From contig JBIKWQ010000003.1 of assembly GCA_044356215.1 (NCBI GenBank), positions 16,466 through 80,465 of the forward strand: DNA of 64,000 nucleotides, in the 5' to 3' direction. The stretch is from Bdellovibrionota bacterium. Lineage in GTDB: Bacteria > Bdellovibrionota_C > UBA2361 > OMII01. The first letter of the stretch is position 1. The number at the start of each line of letters is the position of its first letter. Shown here piece by piece: positions 39,293-50,591 of this stretch. A model generated the notes under the pieces. The model ran no database searches and had not been told where the DNA came from. It worked only from the letters and a program-made list of their open reading frames with translations. Position numbers and translations under genes: made by a program.

Positions 39293-42200
39293 CTAATATC
39301 CCAGATTAGGCGCCAACCAACGCTCGGCTTCCTCTATTGATATCCCTTTTCGCTTAGCGTAATCCATAACTTGATCGCGGTCGATCTTACCAACATTGAA
39401 ATACTTCGCTTGCGCGTTAGCGAAGTAATAACCAGAAACGCTACTCGCTGGAGTCATCGCGAAATTCTCTGTAAGCGATAATCCGATAGCATCTTTCACC
39501 TTTAAAAGATCCCAAATCTTGGACTTCTCTGTGTGATCTGGACACGCCGGATATCCCGGCGCTGGGCGGATTCCTCGATATTCCTCATTAATTAACTGCT
39601 CAACTGACAAAGCTTCATCCTTGCCGTAGCTCCACAACTTGCGCGCCTCTTGGTGCGCGTATTCAGCAAGAGCCTCAGCAAATCGGTCGCCAATAGCCTT
39701 CACCATAATCGATTGATAATCATCACCGCGTTGCTCATACTCACCAGCAAGCCTCTCTACACCGTGACAAACAACGGCGAAGGCGCCGATATAGTCGGTT
39801 ATCTTATGCTCCTTAGGCGCCACATAATCCGCTAAGCAGAGGTTATGCAAGCCTTGCCGCTCCCTCTGCTGACGCAGGAAACACAACCTCTCCACCTCGT
39901 GCAGACACCTCTCATCGTCATAGATCACGATATCATCGTGATCTCCGCGCGCCGGGAAAAATCCCAATACAGCCTCAAGCCTAAAACTCTTATCCTTGAT
40001 GATTTGCTCTATTAAGACATTCGCCTCATGAAAGATCTCTCGCGCCTGCTCGCCATAAGATTTGTTACTTAAAATACTTGGATACGATCCTTTAAGTTCC
40101 CAGGTCCAGAAAAGCGGGGACCAATCAAAAAGCTTGTATACCTCGCGAAGATCTATCTCGCGATAAACTTTCACCCCCAGAGCCTCGGGAGCTGCGATAG
40201 AGTCCACACTACACTTAAACTTATTCTCTCTAGCGCGCTCTATCGACACAAATGACTGCTCCTCACGTCCCGCCGCGAAAACCCGTCGTTGCTCTTCCTG
40301 AGCTACTTTTAAATTCCTTACGTAATCACCGCGGCGCTCTTTGCTGATGAGGTTAGCGCACACCTCTACCGCGAGAGACGCGTCCGCTACATGCGCAACC
40401 GCGCCAGTGTAATTAGGCGCCAATTTAATAGCTGTATGTGGACGAGATGTAGTCGCTCCGCCAATTAGAACTGGGATATTAACCCCCTCGCGCTCAAACT
40501 CCTTTAAGTTGTTAGCCATCTCATCTAACGACGGGGTGATCAGACCACTCATACCGATTAGGTCTGCGTTGTGCTCGCGCGCGGCTTTTAGGATCTCGTT
40601 ACACTGAACCATTACCCCGAGGTCGACTACTTTGTATCCGTTACAAGCTAAAACGACCCCTACTATATTCTTACCGATATCGTGCACATCGCCCTTAACT
40701 GTAGCGATCACAAACGTCTTCTGTTGCGCGCTACTGCCCAGAGCCGCTTTTTCCGCCTCCATGAAAGGCTCAAGGTAGGCGACCGCCTTCTTCATCACCC
40801 GAGCGCTCTTGACCACCTGTGGCAGGAACATCTTTCCAGCGCCGAAGAGATCTCCAACATGCTTCATCCCATCCATTAGCGGCCCCTCAATAACCGCTAA
40901 GGGCTTCCCAAGAGCTACACGCGCCTCCTCAGTATCGACTTCGATAAAATCAACTATACCTTTTACTAGAGCATGCGAGACGCGTTCCGCTAGAGGTAGC
41001 TGGCGCCACGCGACGACGGATTCAGCCTCTCGCTCCTTTGATTGACCTTTAAATCTCTCGGCGTATTGGATTAAAGCTTCAGTAGCGTCACTATCTCGGC
41101 ACAGAATCACATCTTCTACCCGCTTCAAAAGCTCTGGCTCTATCTCCTCATACACCTCAAGCATACCGGCGTTGACTATACCCATATCGAGGCCAGCTTT
41201 TATGGCGTGATATAAAAACACCGCGTGCATTGCCTCACGCACTCGATTATTTCCCCTAAAAGAGAAAGAAACGTTGCTGATTCCTCCACTTGTTAAACAC
41301 CCGGGGCAGGTAGCTTTTATCTCGCGTACAGCCTCGATAAAATCGAGCGCGTATGAATTATGCTCCTCTATGCCCGTAGCCACGGTCAGCACATTCGGAT
41401 CGAATATAATATCGTGCGGAGCTATCCCAACTTCCTCTGTCAGTATCCTAAAAGCGCGTTGCGATATCCTGACTTTATCCTCTAGAGTCGCCGCTTGCCC
41501 TCGCTCATCGAAGGCCATCACCACCATCGCCGCTCCATAGCGCGCTATGGTCCCAGCCTGCTCCTTAAAACGCTCCTCTCCCTCTTTAAGGCTAATAGAA
41601 TTAACGATCGCCTTACCCTGAACGCACTGCAGTCCCGCCTCAAGCACCGACCACTTCGAGCTATCGATCATGATAGGAACTCGAGCTATGTCAGGCTCAC
41701 TGGCTATGAGGTTCAAGAAGCGGCGCATGCACGCCTCACTATCTAAAAGTCCCTCATCAAAATTTACATCGATAATATTAGCGCCATTCTCAACTTGCTG
41801 CCTGGCTATCGCTAGCGCCTCCTCGAATTTATCCTGTTCGATTAGAGCTTTGAATTTAGGCGAACCCGTCACGTTAGAGCGCTCGCCCACTAAGATAAAC
41901 GGATTGTCTGGAGCGATTACTAACGGTTCAAGTCCCGCGAGGGCCAAGCGACCGCTTGCCGCTGGTGTAATTCGCGGTTTCAAATCTGCCACCCTAGAAC
42001 GGATCGCCTCGATATGTTCAGGTGTTGTACCACAACACCCTCCGACTATATTTAACAGCCCCTCATCGGCGACCGCTCCTAAAGCATTAGAGGTATCAAC
42101 TGGGGTCTCATCGTACCCGGTCTCACTTAGTGGATTCGGCAGTCCGGCGTTTGGGTAGCAGCTGATAAAGCAATCAGCGACCGAGGCCAAATCCCTCAAG

Positions 42201-42976
42201 TAAGGTCGCATCTCATGGGCTCCGAGAGCGCAGTTTATTCCTACGCTAATCGGTCGAGCATGTTGAACTGAATACCAGAATGCCCTAGCAGTCTGCCCCG
42301 ATAGTGTCCTTCCGGATTGGTCAGTGATCGTAACCGATATCATCACCGGCATCCGTTTTCCGATCTGCTCAAAAACTCGCTCTGTGGCGCTAATCGCCGC
42401 TTTCGCGTTTAAGGTGTCGAATATCGTCTCCACCAACAGGATATCCACACCCTCTTCCACGAGAACCAAAGCCTGCTCGTAGTAGCTATCCTCTAACTGC
42501 TTGTAGGTTACGGCCCTAAAGGCAGGGTTGTTTACATCTGGCGAGAGCGACGCAGTGCGGTTGGTTGGCCCTATCGCGCCCGCGACAAATATACGCCGAG
42601 ATGGTTGCTTTTGCTTGACTAACGCGACCGCCTCTTTAGCCAATCGCGCCCCCATGCGGTTTAGATCTTGGACATACTTCTCAAGGGCGTAGTCGGCCTG
42701 CGCTATCGATGTTGATGAGAAGGTATTCGTCTCTATTACATCTGAACCAGCAAGGAGATACTTAGTGTGAATTTCACGAACAATCTCCGGCCTAGTGATA
42801 TTTAATAGGTCGTTATTACCTTTAAGGAGCTGCGGGTGATTCGCTAAAGCCTGGTCTCTAAAATCTCCTTCTTCAAGTCGATACCCTTGAATCATAGTAC
42901 CCATGCCGCCGTCTAAAATGACGTGGCGCTCACGCAAGAGGTCGGTAATATCGGCGAAGGAGTCGGTGTATTTCAT
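39293..42976 (-). CDS. metH: Cobalamin-dependent methionine synthase
   Basis: [26 protein letters not shown]12 motif [11 protein letters not shown]...SGL, activation domain [12 protein letters not shown]. Confidence 0.98.
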   Translation of the reverse strand: MKYTDSFADITDLLRERHVILDGGMGTMIQGYRLEEGDFRDQALANHPQLLKGNNDLLNITRPEIVREIHTKYLLAGSDVIETNTFSSTSIAQADYALEKYVQDLNRMGARLAKEAVALVKQKQPSRRIFVAGAIGPTNRTASLSPDVNNPAFRAVTYKQLEDSYYEQALVLVEEGVDILLVETIFDTLNAKAAISATERVFEQIGKRMPVMISVTITDQSGRTLSGQTARAFWYSVQHARPISVGINCALGAHEMRPYLRDLASVADCFISCYPNAGLPNPLSETGYDETPVDTSNALGAVADEGLLNIVGGCCGTTPEHIEAIRSRVADLKPRITPAASGRLALAGLEPLVIAPDNPFILVGERSNVTGSPKFKALIEQDKFEEALAIARQQVENGANIIDVNFDEGLLDSEACMRRFLNLIASEPDIARVPIMIDSSKWSVLEAGLQCVQGKAIVNSISLKEGEERFKEQAGTIARYGAAMVVMAFDERGQAATLEDKVRISQRAFRILTEEVGIAPHDIIFDPNVLTVATGIEEHNSYALDFIEAVREIKATCPGCLTSGGISNVSFSFRGNNRVREAMHAVFLYHAIKAGLDMGIVNAGMLEVYEEIEPELLKRVEDVILCRDSDATEALIQYAERFKGQSKEREAESVVAWRQLPLAERVSHALVKGIVDFIEVDTEEARVALGKPLAVIEGPLMDGMKHVGDLFGAGKMFLPQVVKSARVMKKAVAYLEPFMEAEKAALGSSAQQKTFVIATVKGDVHDIGKNIVGVVLACNGYKVVDLGVMVQCNEILKAAREHNADLIGMSGLITPSLDEMANNLKEFEREGVNIPVLIGGATTSRPHTAIKLAPNYTGAVAHVADASLAVEVCANLISKERRGDYVRNLKVAQEEQRRVFAAGREEQSFVSIERARENKFKCSVDSIAAPEALGVKVYREIDLREVYKLFDWSPLFWTWELKGSYPSILSNKSYGEQAREIFHEANVLIEQIIKDKSFRLEAVLGFFPARGDHDDIVIYDDERCLHEVERLCFLRQQRERQGLHNLCLADYVAPKEHKITDYIGAFAVVCHGVERLAGEYEQRGDDYQSIMVKAIGDRFAEALAEYAHQEARKLWSYGKDEALSVEQLINEEYRGIRPAPGYPACPDHTEKSKIWDLLKVKDAIGLSLTENFAMTPASSVSGYYFANAQAKYFNVGKIDRDQVMDYAKRKGISIEEAERWLAPNLGY

Positions 42977-43029
42977 GTAACTACTCACCGGAGTTTTTGG
43001 ATCGTTGCAGTCATTATATCGCTAAATAG
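42977..43029 (-). repeat. 53-bp promoter/leader cassette, copy 1 (abuts metH ATG)
   Basis: Minus strand CTATTTAGCGA-TATAAT-GACTGCAACGATCCAAAAACTCCGGTGAGTAGTTAC; 49/53 identical to 55147-55199. Confidence 0.8.
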
Positions 43030-43127
43030 AGGCGCCGTTAGATTAGCAGATGAGATCAGACCTTTCAAACCAGAGACTTAAGCGTAACTCTTGCCTCCGG
43101 CGCAAATAAATCGGATCTTACGACAGT

Positions 43128-44249
43128 ATGAATAAAAACAGCTCTTTTAGCCTAAAAACGCTTACTATCTCGGCACTGCTCGGAGCAGTCATCGTTTTAC
43201 TGTCATACGTATTTTTCAGGCGAGTCGCATATCAACCAACAAATCTAGCTAAACCCCGCCCTATCGCCAGCCGCGCAGATCTCGGCGATGACGAAACCTC
43301 CACTATCAAGCTATTTGAAAACGCCCAAGCCTCGGTGGTCTATATAACGAGCTTGTCGGTAGAGCGTGATTTTATCAGCATGAACGTCTTTGAGATCCCG
43401 CAAGGAGCCGGTTCGGGTTTTATCTGGGACAGCTCTGGTCACATAGTCACAAATTTCCACCTTATTCAAAACGCGCAAGCTGCCACGGTAACTCTCTCTG
43501 ATCAATCTATCCATCAGGCGAAGCTAATTGGGGCGGAACCTGATAAAGATATCGCCGTTCTGAAGATAGAAGGCGCTGACTTACGTTTCATTCCGATACC
43601 TATTGGGACATCAAAGGATCTCCGTGTCGGTCAAAAGGTCTTCGCTATCGGTAATCCTTTCGGCTTTGATCACACATTGACTACGGGAATAATAAGTGGA
43701 CTCGGTCGTGAGATCAGGTCTGTTACTGAACGACCGATTCAGGGAGTGATTCAAACAGACGCCGCAATTAATCCAGGGAACTCAGGCGGACCGCTGCTCG
43801 ATAGCTCTGGACGCTTAATCGGTATGAATACCGCGATAGTTAGCCCATCAGGGGCGTATTCAGGGATCGGATTTGCGGTGCCTGTTGATACTATTAATCG
43901 AATCGTTCCTCAGATCATAAAAACCGGTAAAGCGACCAAGCCAGGCCTCGGTATTCGTGTGATTGAGAGCGATCTAGCCCGCAAACACGGGGTGATCGGC
44001 GCGATCGTCGCTAATGTTTTACCTGGATCACCCGCAGAGAAGATCGGCTTAGAGGGGATTCACCGCTTAGCGAACGGGGCTATAGAGCTAGGCGATGTGA
44101 TAACAGCGATAGATGATCTACCTGTTGAGGATGGAAACGATCTCCTAAGGGTACTAGACGAAAAAGCGCCTGGGGATAAAGTAACTCTACAGATAAATCG
44201 ACGCGGCAAGTCCCGCGCCGAGACGGCGCGGTTAGGGATCATTGAATAA
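43128..44249 (+). CDS. HtrA/DegQ-family serine protease with one PDZ domain
   Basis: GSGFIWD, VTNFH, DIAVLK, QTDAAINPGNSGGPL, C-terminal PDZ. Confidence 0.93.
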   Translation: MNKNSSFSLKTLTISALLGAVIVLLSYVFFRRVAYQPTNLAKPRPIASRADLGDDETSTIKLFENAQASVVYITSLSVERDFISMNVFEIPQGAGSGFIWDSSGHIVTNFHLIQNAQAATVTLSDQSIHQAKLIGAEPDKDIAVLKIEGADLRFIPIPIGTSKDLRVGQKVFAIGNPFGFDHTLTTGIISGLGREIRSVTERPIQGVIQTDAAINPGNSGGPLLDSSGRLIGMNTAIVSPSGAYSGIGFAVPVDTINRIVPQIIKTGKATKPGLGIRVIESDLARKHGVIGAIVANVLPGSPAEKIGLEGIHRLANGAIELGDVITAIDDLPVEDGNDLLRVLDEKAPGDKVTLQINRRGKSRAETARLGIIE

Positions 44250-44301
44250 AACCTGCGCTCATGATTTTTAATAAAAATCATTATGAATTGCTCGGTTTAG
44301 T

Positions 44302-44652
44302 TTAACCCAAAAGCTTCTCGACCTCCTGAAGATCTATCGGCTTAGTCAGATGGCCGTCGCATCCAGACTCCCCACTTTTTATCTTATCTTGCTCAGATCC
44401 CCACCCCGTTACCGCTATTATTCGCGGAGTCTTTCCGTTTGGCATCTCACGTATATAGCGCGCCACCTCATATCCATTCATCCCCGGTAGACCGATATCA
44501 AGAAAAACAAACTCAGGCATCTCTCTTTTGACACACTCGATAGCCTCAAGACCGGTATGAGCCACGACCGCTGAGTGCCCAAGAAGCTCAAGAAACAACT
44601 GAAAGCTTACAGCGCCATCAACATTATCATCTACGACTAATATCTTCCTCAT
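44302..44652 (-). CDS. Single-domain response regulator receiver
   Basis: KILVVDDN, FLDIGLPGMNG, AVTGWG, LTKP; ATG 44652. Confidence 0.9.
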   Translation of the reverse strand: MRKILVVDDNVDGAVSFQLFLELLGHSAVVAHTGLEAIECVKREMPEFVFLDIGLPGMNGYEVARYIREMPNGKTPRIIAVTGWGSEQDKIKSGESGCDGHLTKPIDLQEVEKLLG

Positions 44653-44668
44653 CGCATAACTCACCGAA

Positions 44669-47600
44669 CTAGACCTGATCCTTTGAAGCAGGAAGTCTGA
44701 CAGTAAATGTACTGCCCTTACCCAACCCATCGCTTTCCCCGTGAACATGCCCACCGTGCATCTGCACAACCCTCCTTACCAAGGCAAGCCCAATACCGAG
44801 TCCTCCTTGAGTGCGATCTAACGGGGAATATACCTGACTGAACATCTCAAATATCTCAGATAACTTATCAGGCGGAATGCCTATTCCTGTATCCACAACT
44901 CGAATAACGATCTCATTTCCATCGAGGTCCGCGATTAAAGAGATCTTCCCACCTGGTGGTGTATACTTGGCAGCGTTAATCAGTAGATTGCTGAGAACCT
45001 GCGACAATCTAGCAAGGTCACCCTTTAAATAGACCTCTTCCCTTGGCAGCCTTACAGCAAGCTGATGCATCGCCGCCTCGATAGCCGGCCTGCTACTTTC
45101 CAGCGCCGAGTCAACTACCGCTTTAAGAGTTATCTTCTCAATACGGAGCTCAAGTCGACCGAGGCTAATTCGCGATATATCAAGTAGATCCTCGATAAGC
45201 CGGACCATATGGAGAAGCTGCCTGCTCATCATCTCTCGAGCTTGTATTGCCGTTGGTCCAGACGGATCGCGTTTTATGATCTCAAGTCCAGTTCTTATTG
45301 GAGCCAGGGGATTCCTTAGCTCGTGCGCCAGGGTAGCTATAAACTCATCCTTCTTCCTGGCCTCTGAGTTTAGCTTCTCGCGGATCATTCTTTGCTCGTG
45401 GATATCAGCGTGAATACCCACAGCTCTGATAGCCTTACCCTGCGAATCTCGTTCGACTACTCGCCCTCGATCCAAGATCCATATCCACGCGCCAGACTTA
45501 GAACGCAGTCGATGCTCTACCTCGTACACAGACGTTAGCCCCTCGAGGTGCTTCTTTAACTCCCTCTCTACCCTCGCTCTATCATCGGGATGCACGAGCT
45601 CCTCCCAAGCCCTAACGTGCGGCTCGATCTCATCTGGTCTGTAGCCGATCATACTGGCCCAAGTTCCCCCAAAATTCACTACCCCGGTGGGTATGTGCCA
45701 ATCCCACAACCCGAGGTTTCCTGCCTCTAGCGCCAGATTGAGTCGCTCCTGAGATCTCTTTACCTCCTCCTCGATCTTTTTCCTCTCAGTGATATCAATC
45801 ACAACACCGATCATGCGAGTAGCGTGACCATCCTTATCGTATGACAACTCTCCCTGGTCCGAGTTCCACCGCACTTCACCAGATAAATGAATTATTCGAT
45901 ACTCGTACTTAAAAGATCGCTCCTTATCAGCTATTAATTTATTCAGGCGCGCGGCAACCATCTCAACATCATCGGGGTGAACCCGTTTCCTCCACCCCTC
46001 ATAGCTCCCCTCAAAGGTACCCACGCTAAGACCAAAGATCTCCTCTAATTGAGGCGTCCAAATCACCGTCCCTGTCTGAGGATTCCAGTCGAATACTCCT
46101 ATCCTTCCGGCTCGCTCAGCGTATTGTAACCGCTCTGTAGTGGTCGTCAGTTGTTCCAGAAACGCTTTGCGCTCAATCAGCGTGGCCGCTAGCCGGACTA
46201 AAACATCTAGGTGATCCCGCTCTGACTGAGTTGGCTTCTGTTTGATCGTAGTGTGATGTATCGCCAAGGCACCCCAGACCTCTCCATTAGATAAAATGAT
46301 AGGCCTAATCCAGCACGAGCGGTAACCAGCCTCCCTTACTCTCTCGATAAATCCCGACGCAGAAATATCTGATATATCCGATATCAGCACCTCCTCGCGT
46401 TTCTCGATAACATCAGAAACTACCTTAAGATCTGCTATCGAAAATGGCTTAGAGAAGAGTTTCTCTACCACCGGACTCGACATCCTCATTAAGGGTGTTA
46501 ACATTTTCGCTCCGCTGGCTTTCAGTATGCAACTCTCAGCCCCCGGAAAAATTCCCTCTACTGCCACTGTAAATGAATTGAGAACTTTTTCTAATGACTC
46601 TGCTGGACTATCTACATCCAGTATCGCGCGGTGCGCTCGGTGCTCTTCCATCGAGCGACGATCCTCGGTGATATCGTCAGTAACTATATTAACCCCAATA
46701 ATTCGATCCTCTGGGGTGATTAATGGATAAAAATTAGTACTCCAAGTTCGTATTGAGCCCGGAGTGATGGGGCATTCTCCAGACATCTCTACATTCAATA
46801 CAGCACCCCTAGTCGCGATCGCCTTTTGAAGATGGAGATCAAACACATCAGCGATCATTGGAACTAATTCGCGAATTGACTTCCCGATAAAATCCTCAGG
46901 ACGCTTGCCGAAGTAATCAGCCATCACCTTATTAACGCGCACCCATCGGCGCTGCTCATCAACTACCGCCAAACCTACGGGCGCATATGTGTATACTGAC
47001 TCAAGCTCCTGTAGCTGATTTCGCGAGGCTATAGTCGCTTGCTGCAGGGCGGCTTCCGCTTCCTTGCGGCGCGTTATATCAACAGTAACTCCCGGGAATC
47101 TCGCTGGCTTGCCTGATGTGTCGGCCAAAACTTTTCCCGTAGCAGAGACCCATCTAACCTGACCATTTTTACCTACTACTCGATACTCCTCCGAGTAGAC
47201 CTCCCCAGACTGCAAGGCCATCTGAATTCGCTGTTGTATACGCTCGCGATCCTCTGGGTAGATGTGGTCCAAAAACTTGGCTACAGAAGCTCCTCGAAGA
47301 TAGTCCGTTGGCATCCCATAGAAATCAATTAGGACGGGATCGCCGTAAACAACATCTCGCTGGATATTCCACTCCCACGTCGCCAGGGAACCGGTGGCTA
47401 AGGCGGCGGATAAGCGCTCGCGAGCCTCAACAAGCTTGCTCTCATTCTCTTTTAGCTGGGTAATCTCCTCAGCCTGAATCGCGAACATGTCGGTATTTTT
47501 AGCGCCATCATGAATCGGAAAAACACACGCTGAAAACCACTGCCTTTGACCCGGCTTCTCCGTCTGAAACTCAAAACGCACCGGAGCGTTTCTGGCTTGG

Positions 47601-48082
47601 CTTTCAAGACACTGCTCATACCAGATCGACTCAACAGGTTGTTGCGCATGTGGTGTTGTACTAGACCCGCTACGGCCCTCAAGCCCCCGAGATAGAAATC
47701 TGCTCGCTGCCTGGTTGTCATAAATGTGGTCGAGCTGATCACCGTTAAGCTTAACTATGGCTACTAGAGACGTTGTTGCTGCCAGAAACTCCTCTAGGTC
47801 AATCGCTAAGTCGGCCCCTCTCTTTCCTCTTTTTTCTTTAATACTAATAAGCGCCCCATTCCGGTGGCGCTTTGAATATAGCCCGTACCTGGCCCCTGCC
47901 AAAACTCCTGTAAATAACGCGATAGTTGCCAGAAATAGTGGAAGAAAGCTCACCAATTCGGAGTTAACGATCAGCCAGGCAAAGATCCCGGAGAAGATCG
48001 AAACAAGTAGCAGCGCCGCGGCGGTGCCAGAGAACTTAAACGGCCTGCGATGCTCTAGTTCATAGTTTTCGCTAATCTGCAT
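44669..48082 (-). CDS. Multi-PAS/GAF sensor histidine kinase
   Basis: Two N-terminal TM segments, several PAS/PAC repeats (HPDD), GAF, H-box LAHELRNPL, NLLINAAKYT, DTGIGI, GLGIGL. Confidence 0.93.
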   Translation of the reverse strand: MQISENYELEHRRPFKFSGTAAALLLVSIFSGIFAWLIVNSELVSFLPLFLATIALFTGVLAGARYGLYSKRHRNGALISIKEKRGKRGADLAIDLEEFLAATTSLVAIVKLNGDQLDHIYDNQAASRFLSRGLEGRSGSSTTPHAQQPVESIWYEQCLESQARNAPVRFEFQTEKPGQRQWFSACVFPIHDGAKNTDMFAIQAEEITQLKENESKLVEARERLSAALATGSLATWEWNIQRDVVYGDPVLIDFYGMPTDYLRGASVAKFLDHIYPEDRERIQQRIQMALQSGEVYSEEYRVVGKNGQVRWVSATGKVLADTSGKPARFPGVTVDITRRKEAEAALQQATIASRNQLQELESVYTYAPVGLAVVDEQRRWVRVNKVMADYFGKRPEDFIGKSIRELVPMIADVFDLHLQKAIATRGAVLNVEMSGECPITPGSIRTWSTNFYPLITPEDRIIGVNIVTDDITEDRRSMEEHRAHRAILDVDSPAESLEKVLNSFTVAVEGIFPGAESCILKASGAKMLTPLMRMSSPVVEKLFSKPFSIADLKVVSDVIEKREEVLISDISDISASGFIERVREAGYRSCWIRPIILSNGEVWGALAIHHTTIKQKPTQSERDHLDVLVRLAATLIERKAFLEQLTTTTERLQYAERAGRIGVFDWNPQTGTVIWTPQLEEIFGLSVGTFEGSYEGWRKRVHPDDVEMVAARLNKLIADKERSFKYEYRIIHLSGEVRWNSDQGELSYDKDGHATRMIGVVIDITERKKIEEEVKRSQERLNLALEAGNLGLWDWHIPTGVVNFGGTWASMIGYRPDEIEPHVRAWEELVHPDDRARVERELKKHLEGLTSVYEVEHRLRSKSGAWIWILDRGRVVERDSQGKAIRAVGIHADIHEQRMIREKLNSEARKKDEFIATLAHELRNPLAPIRTGLEIIKRDPSGPTAIQAREMMSRQLLHMVRLIEDLLDISRISLGRLELRIEKITLKAVVDSALESSRPAIEAAMHQLAVRLPREEVYLKGDLARLSQVLSNLLINAAKYTPPGGKISLIADLDGNEIVIRVVDTGIGIPPDKLSEIFEMFSQVYSPLDRTQGGLGIGLALVRRVVQMHGGHVHGESDGLGKGSTFTVRLPASKDQV

Positions 48083-48219
48083 ATAGTTTTCGCCCCTACG
48101 TGTGACTATATCACGTGGTGATAACTTGCGCGCTGAGGGGGACTCTAGGCTAGAGAGTTAGCGTGAATAAATACTCGGGAATATGATGTATGATCGGGAT
48201 CATGTAATAAAGGGCCTCC

Positions 48220-50061
48220 CTAAGCCCCCCAATACCTCTGCCTCCTAAACCACACAGAGATCTTGGTGCTCTTGCCAAGATCACTGGCAACGCTTACATC
48301 ACCTCCAAAAAGGCGAGCCAACCGCCGGACGGCGTCGACTCCTATACCACGTCCAGATAGACTCGTTACCTTACTACACGATGAGAATCCTGGCTCACAG
48401 ATAAGCATCAAAGCTTCCTCCCGTGTGAGTCCCTCAGGCACTGACAGGCCCCTTGAGCGCGCGATTGCTACTAATTTTTCAGGATCAATCCCCGCGCCAT
48501 CATCCTCAAATGAAAACAGATAGACACCATCTTTAAAACTTAGATCGATATGCATCGAGCCCGCCCTTGGCTTGCCCGATAGCTCACGATCACCTGGCCG
48601 CTCAATGCCGTGATCCGCTGAATTACGAATTATATGAACAAAACTCTGAAACAGCTCCTTGTATGGCTCGCGCGCCAATTTAACATCTCCCGACCAAGCA
48701 ATTGACATCCCCTCTTTAGACTCCCCTTCAAGGGTCTTTATCCACACCTTGTCGAGCCAGCCTAAGATCCTCTGAACCGGGGCCTCAACTAAACTCTCAA
48801 TCGAAACCAGAAGCTCCGCCGGCGCGCCAACTCGGAAGGCTTCTTGGTAGATCCTTCCCACCGAATCGTAATCGAGTGATATCCTGCGCGCGGCGATCTC
48901 CGCTCCTGAGCGTCCTTCAACTTGAAGCACATGCTGGTAGCGGTTAATGAAGCTCTGCAGCTCCTCTTTCAGTTCAGCCACTAACGCGCGCCCCGAATCA
49001 GGGGTATAGAGCTCTGATGAGAGCCCATCCTCAGATTGGTGACAGATATTAGCTAAGCGATCACACTCTAAGAACGAGAATCCCCCTTTTAAACCATGAA
49101 TCATCGATCTAAACCCGTTTAAATCGTCAATGTAGCTTTCAGCTTTATTACACAGATTAACTAGATCTAAGAACTCCTCCTTTGATGCGAGGATCGCCAC
49201 TAAAGAGCGGTTGTCCGCGTCGGTTCGTTCTAGAGAGCGCTCCATCTCACGCCGATCACTGATATCAGTGACAACTACGGTCACACTCGCTAAGTTCTCT
49301 TGATCCATCACCGGTATAAAAGCGATCGAGTATTCTCGGCTATCTAACTGAAATTCATTCGGCAAGATGCCAGACATCAGATCCCAAGGCATCCCCGAGA
49401 ACGCCATCCTAAGAGGCTCTAGATCATCCTCCGAGCAACGCAGCAGATCGGCCAGTGAAGCCTGCGCCAGATCGCTTCCAAAGAGCTCCTCTGCTTTCTT
49501 AGAGATCTCAGATGTAACACAAAGCGCAGAATCAACCAGGAATACCGCCTGCGGGAGGCTATCTAGTAGCACCTTTAAAGTCTTCCGACTATCGGCGATT
49601 AGAGCTTTATGAGATTCAAGCAAGCTCGCTACAGTGCGCAGGATCTCCTCTTTTTTTCTGAGCTCCGAGACGTCAAAAGCTAGAAGCCTTAAGGGAGAAG
49701 TCGGCCCGCTTCCGGTTTGCATCAAGCGAATACGGAGATTAACGGACATTCCCGTCGCTGACGTAAAACACCCCTCCAGCTCACACTCACCATCGAATTT
49801 ATCTAAGGCCTTGTGGACGCTCGCCAGATCAATACCAGGAATAACCTCAAGCAGGCTGACCCTTCTTCTTAATGGACGATTGATCCACTCGTAGAAGCGC
49901 GCTCCGGCGCTAACTACCGTTAGTGTCCCATAATCGACAACGCCGAGCTCGATGTGACCTATATCACGATCGATCCTAAATCCCTGTGGAATACTCTTTG
50001 GGGATTTTGCGCTATCTACCGTTCGAGTGCTCTCCATAATCACAGGGAGTCTATCGGCCAT
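48220..50061 (-). CDS. CheA-like kinase (PAS-HPt-HATPase, no CheW domain)
   Basis: HPt IHGLKGG, HIIRNSADHGIE, DDGAGID, PGFSS, SGRGIGVD; start uncertain. Confidence 0.8.
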   Translation of the reverse strand: MADRLPVIMESTRTVDSAKSPKSIPQGFRIDRDIGHIELGVVDYGTLTVVSAGARFYEWINRPLRRRVSLLEVIPGIDLASVHKALDKFDGECELEGCFTSATGMSVNLRIRLMQTGSGPTSPLRLLAFDVSELRKKEEILRTVASLLESHKALIADSRKTLKVLLDSLPQAVFLVDSALCVTSEISKKAEELFGSDLAQASLADLLRCSEDDLEPLRMAFSGMPWDLMSGILPNEFQLDSREYSIAFIPVMDQENLASVTVVVTDISDRREMERSLERTDADNRSLVAILASKEEFLDLVNLCNKAESYIDDLNGFRSMIHGLKGGFSFLECDRLANICHQSEDGLSSELYTPDSGRALVAELKEELQSFINRYQHVLQVEGRSGAEIAARRISLDYDSVGRIYQEAFRVGAPAELLVSIESLVEAPVQRILGWLDKVWIKTLEGESKEGMSIAWSGDVKLAREPYKELFQSFVHIIRNSADHGIERPGDRELSGKPRAGSMHIDLSFKDGVYLFSFEDDGAGIDPEKLVAIARSRGLSVPEGLTREEALMLICEPGFSSCSKVTSLSGRGIGVDAVRRLARLFGGDVSVASDLGKSTKISVWFRRQRYWGA

Positions 50062-50159
50062 TTCGTTTGAGCACTTGAGATATCGTCTTGAGCTAGTTCT
50101 CCTATTTTTCACAAGAAATCAGTTGCCTTTACAGATATTTAAGTGAAAAATACGACCCT

Positions 50160-50591
50160 ATGAAAACTATTCTAAAAGAAGCCCTTAAAGTCGCTATGAA
50201 ATCCCAGGATCGCCTAAAAATGGAGACTATTCGTTCTCTATTAAGCGAGATCCAATACGAGGAGATGCAAAAAAGTGTAAACGATCTCTCCGAGGCTGAG
50301 TGCGGAGTTATTTTGCAGCGCGAGGTTAAGAAGCGTCACGAGGCGATCTCATTTGAGGAGCAAGCAAACCGTCAGGAAGCCAAGGCAAAACTCGTATCCG
50401 AGATCGCTATTATAGAGGAGTTCCTACCTAAACAGCTCTCTGCTGATGCTCTTGAGAAGATACTGTCAGATTATAAAACATCAACTCCGGGTGCTGTGAT
50501 GGGAACAGCGATGAAGTTCCTAAAGGAGAAGTATGCTGGTCAGTACGACGGAAAGAGCGCTAGCGAGATAGCTAAAAAGGTCTTTGGCTAA
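50160..50591 (+). CDS. GatB/YqeY domain protein
   Basis: LK.AMK..D, REVKKR.EAI, EIAIIEEFLPKQLS, MG.AMK, DGK. Confidence 0.9.
   Translation: MKTILKEALKVAMKSQDRLKMETIRSLLSEIQYEEMQKSVNDLSEAECGVILQREVKKRHEAISFEEQANRQEAKAKLVSEIAIIEEFLPKQLSADALEKILSDYKTSTPGAVMGTAMKFLKEKYAGQYDGKSASEIAKKVFG

Noticed and set aside
42977..43127. SAM, SAH or cobalamin riboswitch upstream of metH
   Set aside because: No recognisable consensus, the leader is very short, and the same sequence precedes an unrelated gene.
48101..48116. CRP-like site TGTGA-CTATA-TCACG
   Set aside because: The spacer is 5 bp rather than the required 6.
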